Origin: an uncultured Burkholderiaceae bacterium
Lineage (GTDB): Bacteria; Pseudomonadota; Gammaproteobacteria; Burkholderiales; Burkholderiaceae
Assembly (NCBI GenBank): GCA_937862905.1
Contig: CALMCL010000114.1
Location: 5,821 to 69,820 of the forward strand
Direction of reading: 5' to 3'
DNA length: 64,000 nt
In this document: positions 17,328-27,380 of the stretch, piece after piece
Layout of the letters: every line of letters begins with the position of its first letter
Numbering within the stretch: the stretch's first letter is position 1
Notes under the pieces: model-generated
The model's input: only the letters and a program-made list of their open reading frames with translations
Databases searched by the model: none
What the model was told of the DNA's origin: nothing
Made by a program: the position numbers and the translations under genes

Positions 17328-18908
17328 TCAAGACACCCGTTTCATGCAGGCTGCAAAAAAGCCATCTGTGCCGTGTAAGTGGGGCAGCAGTTGCAGCATG
17401 CCCGCAGGTGCAGCACCTTCAGGTAACGTGATGTTTTGCACGGCCAAAGCTTCAGTGACATCGACCAAGGCGTAGTTTGGATTCGCAGCCAAAAAAGCAT
17501 TCACCACGTTCTGATTTTCAATGGGCAATACGCTGCACGTGGCGTACACCACGGTGCCGCCGACTTTAACCAGTTTGGCCGCGCTGTTCAAAATATTGGT
17601 TTGAATGCCTGACAAACGGGTGACGCTGTCCACACCATGACGCCATTTTAAATCTGGATTGCGACGCAATGTGCCCAAGCCGCTGCATGGTGCATCGATG
17701 AACACGCGATTCAGTTTGCCATACAAGCGTTTCACACGGGTGTCTGTTTCGGTGTCGATGGCGACGGCTTGCACATTGGACAAGCCACTGCGTGCCAAGC
17801 GTGGCTTTAGCTTGGCCAAACGGTGAGCGGCCGTGTCAAACGCGTATAAACGACCTGTATTGCGCATCATGGCGCCAATCGCCAATGTTTTCCCACCGGC
17901 TCCCGCGCAGAAATCGGCGATCATTTCCCCGCGCTTTGCGCCCAGCAAATGGGTCAGCAGTTGACTGCCTTCATCTTGCACCTCAATCGCACCGCTGGTG
18001 AAAATGTCGCTTTTTTGTAATGCAGGTTTCCCTTTTAAACGCAAACCGAGCGGTGCGAGTGCACAGGTTTCACTGTCAAATGCGGCATTTTTCAATGCCA
18101 CCTGCACCGCTTCACGCGATGATTTGATCGTATTGACGCGAATGTCTAATGGCGCTGCGGTATTGAGGGCTTCCGCCAGTGCCAATGCATCCGTTTCACC
18201 ATAAGCCTCAGTGAGCTGAGCAAACCATTCATCGGTCAAGTTGCTGCGCACTGCGGCAGGTAAGGTGCGGGTGTCCACGGTTGAAATTTGTGAAATCCAC
18301 GTCCATTCATCCTCGGCGATTGCGGCTTGTAGACCCGCTTCCGTCGTGCAACTGCGTGCACCAAGCAAGACCAAACGCCGTTCGAGCGTGCCGCCACCGC
18401 TTTGAGCCAAATGAGAAAAAACACGTTTTTGGCGCAACACCGAAAACACCGTTTCGGCCACGACATGGCGGTCACGCGGCCCCAGTTCACGGTGCTCACG
18501 CAAATAGCGCGACACCAATTTATCTGCGGCCACATCAAATTTCAAGACATCCAGCAACAAACATTGTGCATTCCACAAGCATTGAGCCAAGCGATCACCT
18601 TGCGGACTGGCCGCCTCGATGCGGACAACCATCGGTGATAAACCTGCTTGTGCCCGAGTTGTGCGTGGTTTTTTTGTTGGCACATCGGCATGGACAGCAT
18701 CCACATCGACACCAGCAGCCCTTAAAGCGGCTTGGCGGGCGGCCACAGCCGCAGCGCTGACTGCCACGCCATCGGCACGGATGTGCACACCGCCCGCTGC
18801 CACGCGTTCTTGCGCTGATTTTTGGGCCAGTTCTTGCTCTAAACGTTCTTTTTTGCTGGGCTTTTTGCTGTAGCTTTTTTTCTTGGCTGATTTAATGTCG
18901 TCGTTCAT
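17328..18908 (-). CDS. RsmB/NOP-family RNA (cytosine-C5) methyltransferase with N-terminal extension
   Basis: APLDIRVNTIK, EVQDEGSQL, DFCAGAGGKT, FIDAPCSGLGTLRRNPD, YATCS, HGTDGFFAA. Start uncertain (ATG 18908 or 19010). Confidence 0.9.
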   Translation of the reverse strand: MNDDIKSAKKKSYSKKPSKKERLEQELAQKSAQERVAAGGVHIRADGVAVSAAAVAARQAALRAAGVDVDAVHADVPTKKPRTTRAQAGLSPMVVRIEAASPQGDRLAQCLWNAQCLLLDVLKFDVAADKLVSRYLREHRELGPRDRHVVAETVFSVLRQKRVFSHLAQSGGGTLERRLVLLGARSCTTEAGLQAAIAEDEWTWISQISTVDTRTLPAAVRSNLTDEWFAQLTEAYGETDALALAEALNTAAPLDIRVNTIKSSREAVQVALKNAAFDSETCALAPLGLRLKGKPALQKSDIFTSGAIEVQDEGSQLLTHLLGAKRGEMIADFCAGAGGKTLAIGAMMRNTGRLYAFDTAAHRLAKLKPRLARSGLSNVQAVAIDTETDTRVKRLYGKLNRVFIDAPCSGLGTLRRNPDLKWRHGVDSVTRLSGIQTNILNSAAKLVKVGGTVVYATCSVLPIENQNVVNAFLAANPNYALVDVTEALAVQNITLPEGAAPAGMLQLLPHLHGTDGFFAACMKRVS

Positions 18909-19028
18909 GCTGCTTCTTTCTGTGGTGCACGCCTCGAAGGTTGCGTGCGGATGTGTTGCTGGTAAAAAATGTGGAAAAAGTGAGTTTTGGTTTTCCTGCT
19001 GGCTTTCCATTTTTTAATGCTAAAGTTG

Positions 19029-19688
19029 TTAAATGAAGGGGCTCATGTGGGCTTGGGTGGTGACGTCATGCACGGTGATGCCTGCATCGCTCCATTCCAG
19101 TTGGCCGTTGACCCACCAATCCAGCACCTGCGGGTAAATCACGTGTTCCGTTGCCAACACGCGTGCGCCCAATGTGTCTTCTGTGTCATTGGCAAGTACG
19201 GGGACTGCCGATTGCAGCACAATCGGACCGTGATCAAGCTCTGCCGTGACCCCATGTACCGTTGCGCCATGAATTTTGATGCCTGCTTCGAGTGCGGCCG
19301 CGTGGGTGTGTAAACCTTTAAAGCCTGGTAAAATCGAAGGGTGGATGTTGAACATGCGGCGCGCATAATGCGTCGTTAATTCAGCGGTCAAAATGCGCAT
19401 AAAGCCTGCTAAAAAAACCACATCAGGATTAAATGAATCAATGATTTGTTGTAATTGTGCGTCAAATGCTGCGCGATTTTCGAATTCACGGTGGTTGATG
19501 ATTCGGGTTTCAATGCCTTGTTCGCGTGCAAATGCCAAGCCGCCTGCGTCGGCCTTGTTGCTGATGACTGCTGCCACGCGGGCAATGCCTTGTGCTTCCC
19601 AGTTGTTTTTTTGCACATGTTGAACCAGGGCGCGCATGTTGCTGCCGCCGCCTGAAATCAAAATGACAATATTTTTCATGCTTTTCAC
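19029..19688 (-). CDS. purN: Phosphoribosylglycinamide formyltransferase
   Basis: ISGGGSNM, LAGFMRIL, NIHPSILP, GATVH.VT.ELDHGPI. Start may be ATG 19679. Confidence 0.96.
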   Translation of the reverse strand: MKSMKNIVILISGGGSNMRALVQHVQKNNWEAQGIARVAAVISNKADAGGLAFAREQGIETRIINHREFENRAAFDAQLQQIIDSFNPDVVFLAGFMRILTAELTTHYARRMFNIHPSILPGFKGLHTHAAALEAGIKIHGATVHGVTAELDHGPIVLQSAVPVLANDTEDTLGARVLATEHVIYPQVLDWWVNGQLEWSDAGITVHDVTTQAHMSPFI

Positions 19689-20243
19689 TTAAATGACCCT
19701 AAAATACGCTTAAAACAGTGTGGAAGGAGTTCGTCTTATTCAAACAAATGGATTAAATGGATGAGGGGCTTAAAAAAGTATATTCTCAACCATTTGATTT
19801 TGCTTGGTTTTTTTCAGGGCTGTCCCTGAGTAAAGACGACAGACGAAGAAGCGAAAAAAAGGATTTTTTACTTTTTTCATGTGTTCTTCATTTGGCGTGT
19901 TCAATCTTAAGGCGACATTGTAACAAGAAAGCGCATGCTTTAAGCCAAAACCGCACGGTTTGCCTGCGTGTGGACGTGTTGGAAACAGGGCAAAAAAGAT
20001 GTATAGTTATTGCGTTGCAGCATCGAAAGTGTGGTTGTTTTGCATAAAAACCACACAATCCGCACACAAATTGCTTTATTTTCCGACAATCCCATGGTTA
20101 AATGGAACGGTCGTTCACTTCGTTGCATGCGTATAATTACAATCATGCATATATTGTGGTGTGTGTTCGCACGGCTTTTCGAGTGAATTCTAAACTAAAA
20201 CCACCTTATTTAATTTTAACAACCTGAAATCAGGAGACATGTC

Positions 20244-21527
20244 ATGAAAAAAACCCTTATCGCCCTTGGGCTTATGAGCGCATTTGGCGCTGTACACGCT
20301 GAATCAAGCGTCACTTTATATGGCAACATCAATGTCGCCGTAACGAAAAAAGGCAGCGCTGGTGTGACGCTCAAAGGACAAGAGTACCGCTACGCCAGTA
20401 ACATTGGCTTCACGGGTAAAGAAGATTTGGGCAATGGCTATGCCGCCATTTTTAAATTAGAAGCAGAACTCGAGCCTGATACAGGTTCTGGTGTGTACGG
20501 TACAGATAAAAAACAATTTGGCTTTAACCGTCACTCGTATGTGGGTTTGGTCACACCTTACGGCGCCTTCCGCTTTGGTCGTTCAACCACGCCTTTTGTG
20601 AACATGTGGATTGGTGGTAATTTTGGTGAGGGTCGTGGTATCGGTGAGTTTACTGCGGGCTTGGCAGGTACGGGCTTGCGCACCACGCAGCCTGAGGTGG
20701 GTGCGCGTTGGAACAATGCCATGTTCTATGATGTCAAAAAAGGTGGTTTTGCTGCGGGTTTGGCTGTGACCACCAAAGGTTCGCAGTCTCTTGTTCCTAC
20801 GCGTCTGGCGACATTGTATGCAGCGGACGGTACCACGCCTCTTGCTCCAGCGACATCGCCTGTTGATAATGAGGGTGTATCAGGTGCGAAATCGGCATAC
20901 GGTGCTTATGCGCGTTATGAAGCCAAATCAGGCATGTGGGGCTACAAAATTGGTGCCGCCTATCAAGTGGACAATGGCAGCAGTTATGCCGCTTCTTCAA
21001 ACAGCAAAAACGCACCTGCTGAAAGCAAAAATGCATGGTTGGTGGGCACTGGTTTGAGCTACGGCTCAGCCACATTAAGTGCTGCTTATGCACAATCAAA
21101 AATTGACAACACAGACTTGTCTGTTGCTTCTGGTGCGCGTTTGCGCACGGGCAAGAGTAAAACTTTGTTCGTCAGCTTGGGTTATGATGTCACGCCAAAT
21201 GACCATGTGTATGCATCGTATGGTCGTTACAAACGCCATAATAATTACGAATTTAGTACAGGTGTAACAGGTGAGGGTGATATCGCTGGTTCACAATACA
21301 GTGTCGGTTACGAACATCGATTGAGCAAACGTACTGTGATTTATGCAAACGTACGTAAGGTTGCAAACATCACCAACTCATGCTCAGCGAAATCACCTTT
21401 GGGGGCATTCCCAGCAGCATCAACGCCTTATCTTCGTACATGTGGTGTTGCCATCGCAACGGTTAACTCTGTGCTCGATACAGAAAAAGACTGGTCTTAT
21501 GACCTTGGCATTTCTCATAAATTCTAA
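20244..21527 (+). CDS. Gram-negative trimeric porin (betaproteobacterial OmpC-like family)
   Basis: MKKTLIAL signal peptide, SSVTLYG, GKEDLGNGYAAIFKLE, YEHRLSKRT.IYA, C-terminal GISHKF. Confidence 0.92.
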   Translation: MKKTLIALGLMSAFGAVHAESSVTLYGNINVAVTKKGSAGVTLKGQEYRYASNIGFTGKEDLGNGYAAIFKLEAELEPDTGSGVYGTDKKQFGFNRHSYVGLVTPYGAFRFGRSTTPFVNMWIGGNFGEGRGIGEFTAGLAGTGLRTTQPEVGARWNNAMFYDVKKGGFAAGLAVTTKGSQSLVPTRLATLYAADGTTPLAPATSPVDNEGVSGAKSAYGAYARYEAKSGMWGYKIGAAYQVDNGSSYAASSNSKNAPAESKNAWLVGTGLSYGSATLSAAYAQSKIDNTDLSVASGARLRTGKSKTLFVSLGYDVTPNDHVYASYGRYKRHNNYEFSTGVTGEGDIAGSQYSVGYEHRLSKRTVIYANVRKVANITNSCSAKSPLGAFPAASTPYLRTCGVAIATVNSVLDTEKDWSYDLGISHKF

Positions 21528-21543
21528 TGCCTTGATTGAGTTA

Positions 21544-21580
21544 CAAAAAATCGCGCTGTGCATGCAGCGCGATTTTTTTG
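21544..21580 (+). terminator. Intrinsic terminator after the porin gene (potentially bidirectional)
   Basis: AAAAAATCGCGCTG-6 nt-CAGCGCGATTTTTTT. Confidence 0.85.
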
Positions 21581-21603
21581 TTTTGAAGTAGACGAAGTCG
21601 GGG

Positions 21604-21923
21604 TTACAGCAGTCCCGTGTAATTAAGGTGTTTGCGAAAATTGATGCTGCGATACAACTTTAAACCCAAAATAAAGCCTGCAAGCATTAATGTGATTAAG
21701 TTGGCTCAATGATGGGCCAATCGCGCGTCAGCAGGCCATAAACCAACCACATGGCCACACCGAGTGTAAAGATGGTGTACATTCCGAGTGAAATCGATTC
21801 AACGGAACGTGTTTTCCATGTCATGTAAGCCTGTGGCACAAATGCAAGCGTGGTCATTATGGCCGCGACGTAACCTATCCATGTGGAGGGTGGCAATTGA
21901 CTGAGGGTGCTGGCGAGGTTCAT
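21604..21923 (-). pseudogene. SemiSWEET (MtN3/PQ-loop) sugar transporter with a 1-nt frameshift before TM3
   Basis: WIGYVAAIMTTLAFVPQAYMTWKTRSVESISLGMY...WLVYG..WPII, then frame breaks (EPT*). The canonical end ANLITLMLAGFILGLKLYR continues in the adjacent frame to TAA at 21604-21606. Confidence 0.8.
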
Positions 21924-22193
21924 GGTGTTCTTTCATGGTCTGTTCTGTAGGCTTTTCAGTGTCATAGCACAACGGGTAATGTTTATATTGCACTGCAACA
22001 TGGTTGTGGTGGTTTGTGTGAATTTACAACAGGTTGGGGTGTGTTCATATGGTGTGTTCAGTGCGCCCACTTTTTCAATCCAGTGATAAAATGCATTTAA
22101 CTTCGTGCCGAATGGTTGTTTGCAGGTGAAGAAATTAAAAGCCAATGAGTAAAACCAATGGGTGCGAAGAATACGAAATAAATTTAAAAAGAG

Positions 22194-22667
22194 TTGATAT
22201 TTGATATGTTAGAACTGACACACACCCTGCCTGTTAATCGCGTGAACCATCCTGAACTGAGCCTTGAGCAGCTGTGGGCGGGTTTGATGTTGCGCGTCAT
22301 TGAGCCGACCTTGTTTACTGTAGGCTTGGATCGAGCGGATATTTTGACGCAAACGAATGAGCAGTATCGGCGCGCATTGCATTTTGGTGAACATGTGGTG
22401 CATGACACGGTGACACTGCTGAAGCACCAGCGCATTGAGTTTGTCACCGATCGGACCGATAACGCACCTTCAGGCCGATTGTTGATTGAGGTGGAGGGAG
22501 ACGTGGGGGACACGCTGAAGCTGACTTTTTCGTATGCGACCGAATTCCCTGAGGCGAGCAACGATGAGGAGCGTGGTTTGTTGGAGATGATTAAGTCGGC
22601 GTATATGGCCGCGGATGAGGACACGATTCGCATCATTCGCGAGCATGCATTGACTGTTCGTCATTGA
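22194..22667 (+). CDS. AtaL-like / DUF1857 protein (SRPBCC superfamily)
   Basis: PVN......LS.EQLW.GL.LR..EP..F, R.LHFG...V.D.V, Y..AD.DT.R.IRE pattern. Confidence 0.7.
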   Translation: MIFDMLELTHTLPVNRVNHPELSLEQLWAGLMLRVIEPTLFTVGLDRADILTQTNEQYRRALHFGEHVVHDTVTLLKHQRIEFVTDRTDNAPSGRLLIEVEGDVGDTLKLTFSYATEFPEASNDEERGLLEMIKSAYMAADEDTIRIIREHALTVRH

Positions 22668-22749
22668 CATGCGGCGAGAACGTTAATCCGCAAGCCAACA
22701 TCGGTTGCGGGCACATTTCAGCGCATCATGTGTTGATCAGCGTTGGTTT

Positions 22750-23751
22750 TCATTTCGGTGCCCCTTGAAGCACCGCGTGCCAAAAATCGCAGATGCGGTC
22801 TGTTTCGACAGGTTGGCCGCCTAAAAAACACCATGCATGTTGAAGGGCTTCCAGTCCATGGAGGGCGTCCAGCGCGGGTGCTTGATCGCGCTTGCTTAGC
22901 TTGTCACCACTGGGGTTGAGCAACAAGGGGATGTGGTTGTAGTGGGGCGTGGGGATGTTGAGCGCGCGTTGCAAGGCAATTTGCCGAGCAGTGGAGTCGA
23001 GTAAATCTTCGCCACGCACGATGTGGGTCACGCCTTGAGCCGCATCATCGACGACCACTGCGAGCTGGTATGCCCAATCACCGTCCTCTGCTTTGTTTTT
23101 GGGGGCGTTTTGAGGGGTTTTGGCGCGTTTGAGCACAAAATCACCGACACTGTGTTCGAGGTTGTCGACATGTGCGATGCCATTTTCATCTTGCCACATG
23201 AGCGGTTCGTCGTGCACGCGAAATCGCCATGAGCGAATCGGTGCGTTGGGGTTGATGCCTTTTCGGCATGTGCCAGCGTAGGCGGGTGTTTGGGCGTTGC
23301 GTGCATCCATGTGGGTGCGTGAGTCGGCTATGTCACGCCGAGTGCAGGTGCAAGGGTAAACTTGTTGATGGGCGCATAACATGTCAAATGCCGTTTGATA
23401 GGCTTCGTTTCGTTCGCTTTGCCACATCACGTTGGCATCAAATTCAAATCCAAGTTCGCGCAACACCGTCAATTGTGCTTTGCCGTACGCAGCGGTGCAG
23501 CGCGATTGATCCACATCCTCCATGCGCACAAGCCACACGCCCCCATGCCAATGGGCGTGGACGTAGGAAGCCAGTGCGGCAATCAATGAGCCTTGGTGCA
23601 GCAAGCCTGAGGGAGACGGGGCAAATCGGCCTCGATAAAGCGGGTGGTTGGGGGTCGACTTGAAGCGTTCTGCGGCCAACCATGCACGTGCCAGCCAACT
23701 GTTGGGGCGCAGCGGTGGAGGGGACTGTGGATGGTTGGATGATTTGTGCAT
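22750..23751 (-). CDS. gluQ: tRNA glutamyl-Q(34) synthetase GluQRS
   Basis: YRGRFAPSPSG.LH.GSL, LVRMEDVD, YPCTCTR, WAYQLAVVVDD, RGEDLL, KLSK; no anticodon-binding domain. Start codon uncertain. Confidence 0.93.
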   Translation of the reverse strand: MHKSSNHPQSPPPLRPNSWLARAWLAAERFKSTPNHPLYRGRFAPSPSGLLHQGSLIAALASYVHAHWHGGVWLVRMEDVDQSRCTAAYGKAQLTVLRELGFEFDANVMWQSERNEAYQTAFDMLCAHQQVYPCTCTRRDIADSRTHMDARNAQTPAYAGTCRKGINPNAPIRSWRFRVHDEPLMWQDENGIAHVDNLEHSVGDFVLKRAKTPQNAPKNKAEDGDWAYQLAVVVDDAAQGVTHIVRGEDLLDSTARQIALQRALNIPTPHYNHIPLLLNPSGDKLSKRDQAPALDALHGLEALQHAWCFLGGQPVETDRICDFWHAVLQGAPK

Positions 23752-23838
23752 GGGGTGGGCTGGGTTTTAGTACAATGACGCATTATTTTAAACCAATCGA
23801 AAAAAGCGAACTTTGACTTTTTCGAAAGAAAAGCACAC

Positions 23839-26800
23839 ATGCCCCAGCCGTCTTTTGTCCACCTCCGTTTACACTCTGAGTTTTCTGTCCAAGATGGCAT
23901 CACGCGCATCAAAGATGCGGTGAAACTTGCTGCGGCCGATCAGCAAGGTGCGCTTGCCTTGACAGACTTGGGCAACACTTTTGGTTTGATTAAATTTTAC
24001 AAAGCGGCGCAAGGCGCAGGCGTGAAGCCGATCATGGGGGCGGACATCTGGGTGACCAATGTGAATGATTTGGTTCAGCCTCACCGCATGTTGTTGCTGG
24101 TGAAAAATCGTGCGGGTTATTTGCGTTTGTGTGATTTGCTCAGTCAAGCGTATTTGCAAACCGATCGCCTGACGCACGGGCAAATTCATCCTGAGTGGTT
24201 GACCCAGCATCCTGAGCTCAATTTGGGTTTAATTGCCCTGTCGGGCGCGCATTTGGGTGATGTTGGACAGGCTTTACTCAAGGGTAATGTGCCGCAAGCG
24301 ATCGAATGCGTCAGTCAGTGGCGCGCGGCTTTTAATCACCAATATTACATTGAAGTGCAGCGTCTCGACACCAACGACTCCACCCAGCACACTTTGCAGG
24401 CGGCTGAATTGGCGACGGTCACACAGACGCCATTGGTGGCGACGCATGCGGTGCAGTTCCTTAAACCAGAGGATCACCGTGCGCATGAAGCGCGTGTGTG
24501 CATCTCACAGGGCGAAATTTTGTCCAATCCTCGCCGACAGGCGGCATTTTCACCGTGTCAATACTTAATGACACAGGCGGAAATGGTGGCGCGATTTGCC
24601 GATTTGCCGAGCGCCATCGCGAACAGCATTGCGATTGCCAAGCAATGCAATCTCTTATTGGATTTGGGTAAGCCGCAGCTGCCTGATTTTCCGACGCCCA
24701 ATGGTGAAACGATTGACGATTACACCCGCATTTTGTCACATGAGGGTTTGAACGAGCGGCTCATCAAGCTGTATCCCGATGAGGACAAACGCGCTGAGGT
24801 GCGGCCAAAATACGTTGAGCGCTTGGACATTGAACTCAACACCATCATTCAAATGGGTTTCCCTGGTTATTTCTTGATTGTGGCGGACTTCATCACATGG
24901 GCGAAAGAAAATGACGTGCCTGTTGGCCCTGGGCGTGGCTCTGGTGCGGGTTCGCTGGTGGCATATGCATTAAAAATCACCGATTTGGATCCACTGGCTT
25001 ATGATTTGCTGTTCGAACGATTTTTGAATCCCGAGCGGGTGTCGATGCCTGACTTTGACATTGACTTTTGCCAAGATGGTCGTGACTCGGTGATTCAATA
25101 CGTCAAGGACAAATACGGTCACGAGGCCGTGTCGCAGATCGCCACGTTTGGTACGCTGGGCGCAAAAGCGGTGGTGCGCGATGTCGGGCGTGTATTGGAC
25201 ATGCCGTACAACTATTGCGACAGTTTGTCAAAACTGATTCCGCATGACCCCACGGATCCGTGGACGCTGGAGCGCACACTCAAAGACGAGCCTGCGTTTA
25301 AAGAACGCTTTGAGACAGAGGAAGAAGCGCAGGAGATTATTGCACTGTCGCAGCCGCTCGAAGGCTTGACCCGCAACATCGGTATGCACGCTGGGGGGGT
25401 GTTGATTGCACCGGGTAAATTGACCGATTTTTGTCCGATTTATTGCGCGGCAGGCACCAACTCGGTGGTCAGCCAGTACGATAAAAATGACGTGGAAGCG
25501 GTCGGCTTGGTCAAATTTGACTTTTTGGGCTTACGCAACTTAACCATTTTGAAATTGGCGGTGAAGTACCTCAAAATGCTGCACCCTGACATGGCACATT
25601 TTGTGCTGGAAGATCTACCGCTGGACGACCCCAAGGTGTTTCAGATTTTCACCGATGGCAACACCACGGCGGTGTTCCAGTCGGAGTCCCGTGGCGCAAA
25701 GGATTTGGAGAAAAAGCTCAAACCAGACAGCTTCGAGGACATCATCGCGTTGATGGCATTGAATCGACCTGGGCCATTGGGTTCGGGCATGGTGGATGAT
25801 TTTATTCAGCGTAAAAATGAACAGAAAAAAATCGGTCGCGGTAAAGACGAATGGTATTTTCATCCCGATTTGAAGGGCACATTGCAATCGACTTTTGGTG
25901 TGATGGTGTACCAAGAGCAGGTGATGTTGGTCGCGCAGTTGCTGGGCGGTTATTCGCTCGGTGGTGCCGATTTGCTGCGCCGTGCGATGGGTAAAAAAGA
26001 TGCGGCGGAGATGGCGCGTCAGCGTGATGTGTTTGCCAAAGGTGCGGAGGTGCATGGGGTTAAGGTTGAAGTGGCCACCGAGCTGTTCAATCTGATGGAA
26101 AAATTTGCGGATTATGGTTTTAATAAATCACATTCCGCGGCGTATGCTTTGATCGCCTATCAAACGGCGTGGTTCAAAGCGTATTATCCAGCAGAATTCA
26201 TGGCCGCCACCATGTCCTCGGACATGGATGACACCGACAAGATGCAGGTTTTTTACGAAGACAGCGTTGGCCTGAATCAGCTCATCATCCTGCCGCCCGA
26301 CATCAACCAATCGTTTTACGCGTTCATGCCGACCGATGCACGCCACATCCGCTATGGCTTGGGCGCGATCAAAGGTGCAGGGCAAGCGGCGATTGAGGCC
26401 ATCGTGGCGGAACGCCAAGCCAACGGCGCTTTTGCCAGTTTCTTTGATTTTTGTTTGCGGGTGGAAAAACAGTTCATCAATCGACGCACGCTGGAAGCGT
26501 TGATCAAGGCGGGGGCTTTTGACAGCCTGCATGACAACCGCGCCAGCGTCTTGGCCAGCTTGGAGCACGCGATTGAAGCGGCGCTGCACACCGAGCAAAA
26601 CAAGCACCAAAACAGTTTGTTTGATGACACGCAAACTTTCGATGAGCAATGGCAAGAACAATTGGCGCAGGTGCCCGCGTGGACCTTGCGTGAGAAATTG
26701 TCCAACGAAAAAGCAGCACTCGGTTTCTATGTCAGCGGTCATTTGTTTGATGAGTGCGCCGCTGAAGTGCATCAAGTGGTTAAATTGCGTTTAAAAGATG

Positions 26801-27315
26801 TGTCACCGCAACGTGAAACGGTGCTGATTGCAGGCATCATCGTCGCGGTGCGCACCATGTTCACCAAACGCGGCAAAATGATGTTCGTCACACTGGATGA
26901 CAAAACCGATCGACTGGAAGTGTCGGTGTTCAATGAAGTGTTTGAGCGGTATGCGGCTTTACTTAAAGAAGACCACCTCGTGATGATGCAAGTGAAAGTC
27001 TCGAAAGACGATTACAGTGGGGGTGTGCGCATTGTCGCTGATCGCGTGATGGATTTGGCTCGGGCACGTGCATCGCAAGCCAGTCAATTGATCATCAACC
27101 TCGACATGCGCGATCACGTGTTGGACGTGACTGGGTTTAAAGCCTTATTGCGGCAGCAGGTCGATGAAGAAGGGTTGGGGGTGACGGTTCATGCCCAAAT
27201 CAAAGGCGCTTGTGCAGACATTAAGCTGGGCATGGATTGGCGGGTGGTGCCAAGTGACGATTTGCTTTCCAATTTGCGTCGACTGGCTGCGGTGAGTTCG
27301 GTTGAAATGGTTTAA
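23839..27315 (+). CDS. dnaE: DNA polymerase III alpha subunit
   Basis: FVHLRLHSEFS PHP domain, GPGRGSGAGSLVAY, RVSMPDFDIDF, KFDFLGLRNLT, YGFNKSHSAAY. Continuous; no intein seen. Confidence 0.98.
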   Translation: MPQPSFVHLRLHSEFSVQDGITRIKDAVKLAAADQQGALALTDLGNTFGLIKFYKAAQGAGVKPIMGADIWVTNVNDLVQPHRMLLLVKNRAGYLRLCDLLSQAYLQTDRLTHGQIHPEWLTQHPELNLGLIALSGAHLGDVGQALLKGNVPQAIECVSQWRAAFNHQYYIEVQRLDTNDSTQHTLQAAELATVTQTPLVATHAVQFLKPEDHRAHEARVCISQGEILSNPRRQAAFSPCQYLMTQAEMVARFADLPSAIANSIAIAKQCNLLLDLGKPQLPDFPTPNGETIDDYTRILSHEGLNERLIKLYPDEDKRAEVRPKYVERLDIELNTIIQMGFPGYFLIVADFITWAKENDVPVGPGRGSGAGSLVAYALKITDLDPLAYDLLFERFLNPERVSMPDFDIDFCQDGRDSVIQYVKDKYGHEAVSQIATFGTLGAKAVVRDVGRVLDMPYNYCDSLSKLIPHDPTDPWTLERTLKDEPAFKERFETEEEAQEIIALSQPLEGLTRNIGMHAGGVLIAPGKLTDFCPIYCAAGTNSVVSQYDKNDVEAVGLVKFDFLGLRNLTILKLAVKYLKMLHPDMAHFVLEDLPLDDPKVFQIFTDGNTTAVFQSESRGAKDLEKKLKPDSFEDIIALMALNRPGPLGSGMVDDFIQRKNEQKKIGRGKDEWYFHPDLKGTLQSTFGVMVYQEQVMLVAQLLGGYSLGGADLLRRAMGKKDAAEMARQRDVFAKGAEVHGVKVEVATELFNLMEKFADYGFNKSHSAAYALIAYQTAWFKAYYPAEFMAATMSSDMDDTDKMQVFYEDSVGLNQLIILPPDINQSFYAFMPTDARHIRYGLGAIKGAGQAAIEAIVAERQANGAFASFFDFCLRVEKQFINRRTLEALIKAGAFDSLHDNRASVLASLEHAIEAALHTEQNKHQNSLFDDTQTFDEQWQEQLAQVPAWTLREKLSNEKAALGFYVSGHLFDECAAEVHQVVKLRLKDVSPQRETVLIAGIIVAVRTMFTKRGKMMFVTLDDKTDRLEVSVFNEVFERYAALLKEDHLVMMQVKVSKDDYSGGVRIVADRVMDLARARASQASQLIINLDMRDHVLDVTGFKALLRQQVDEEGLGVTVHAQIKGACADIKLGMDWRVVPSDDLLSNLRRLAAVSSVEMV

Positions 27316-27380
27316 GGGCGATGCGGTGAAAGAGAAGGGCTGCTTTGACCGCACACGCTGTATTTTACAAAGTGAATATC

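Noticed and set aside
16712-19010. PLD nuclease plus methyltransferase as a DISARM or restriction-modification defence system
   Set aside because: The methyltransferase is an RsmB/NOP RNA C5 enzyme, the PLD has an export signal, and no helicase or other defence genes are adjacent.
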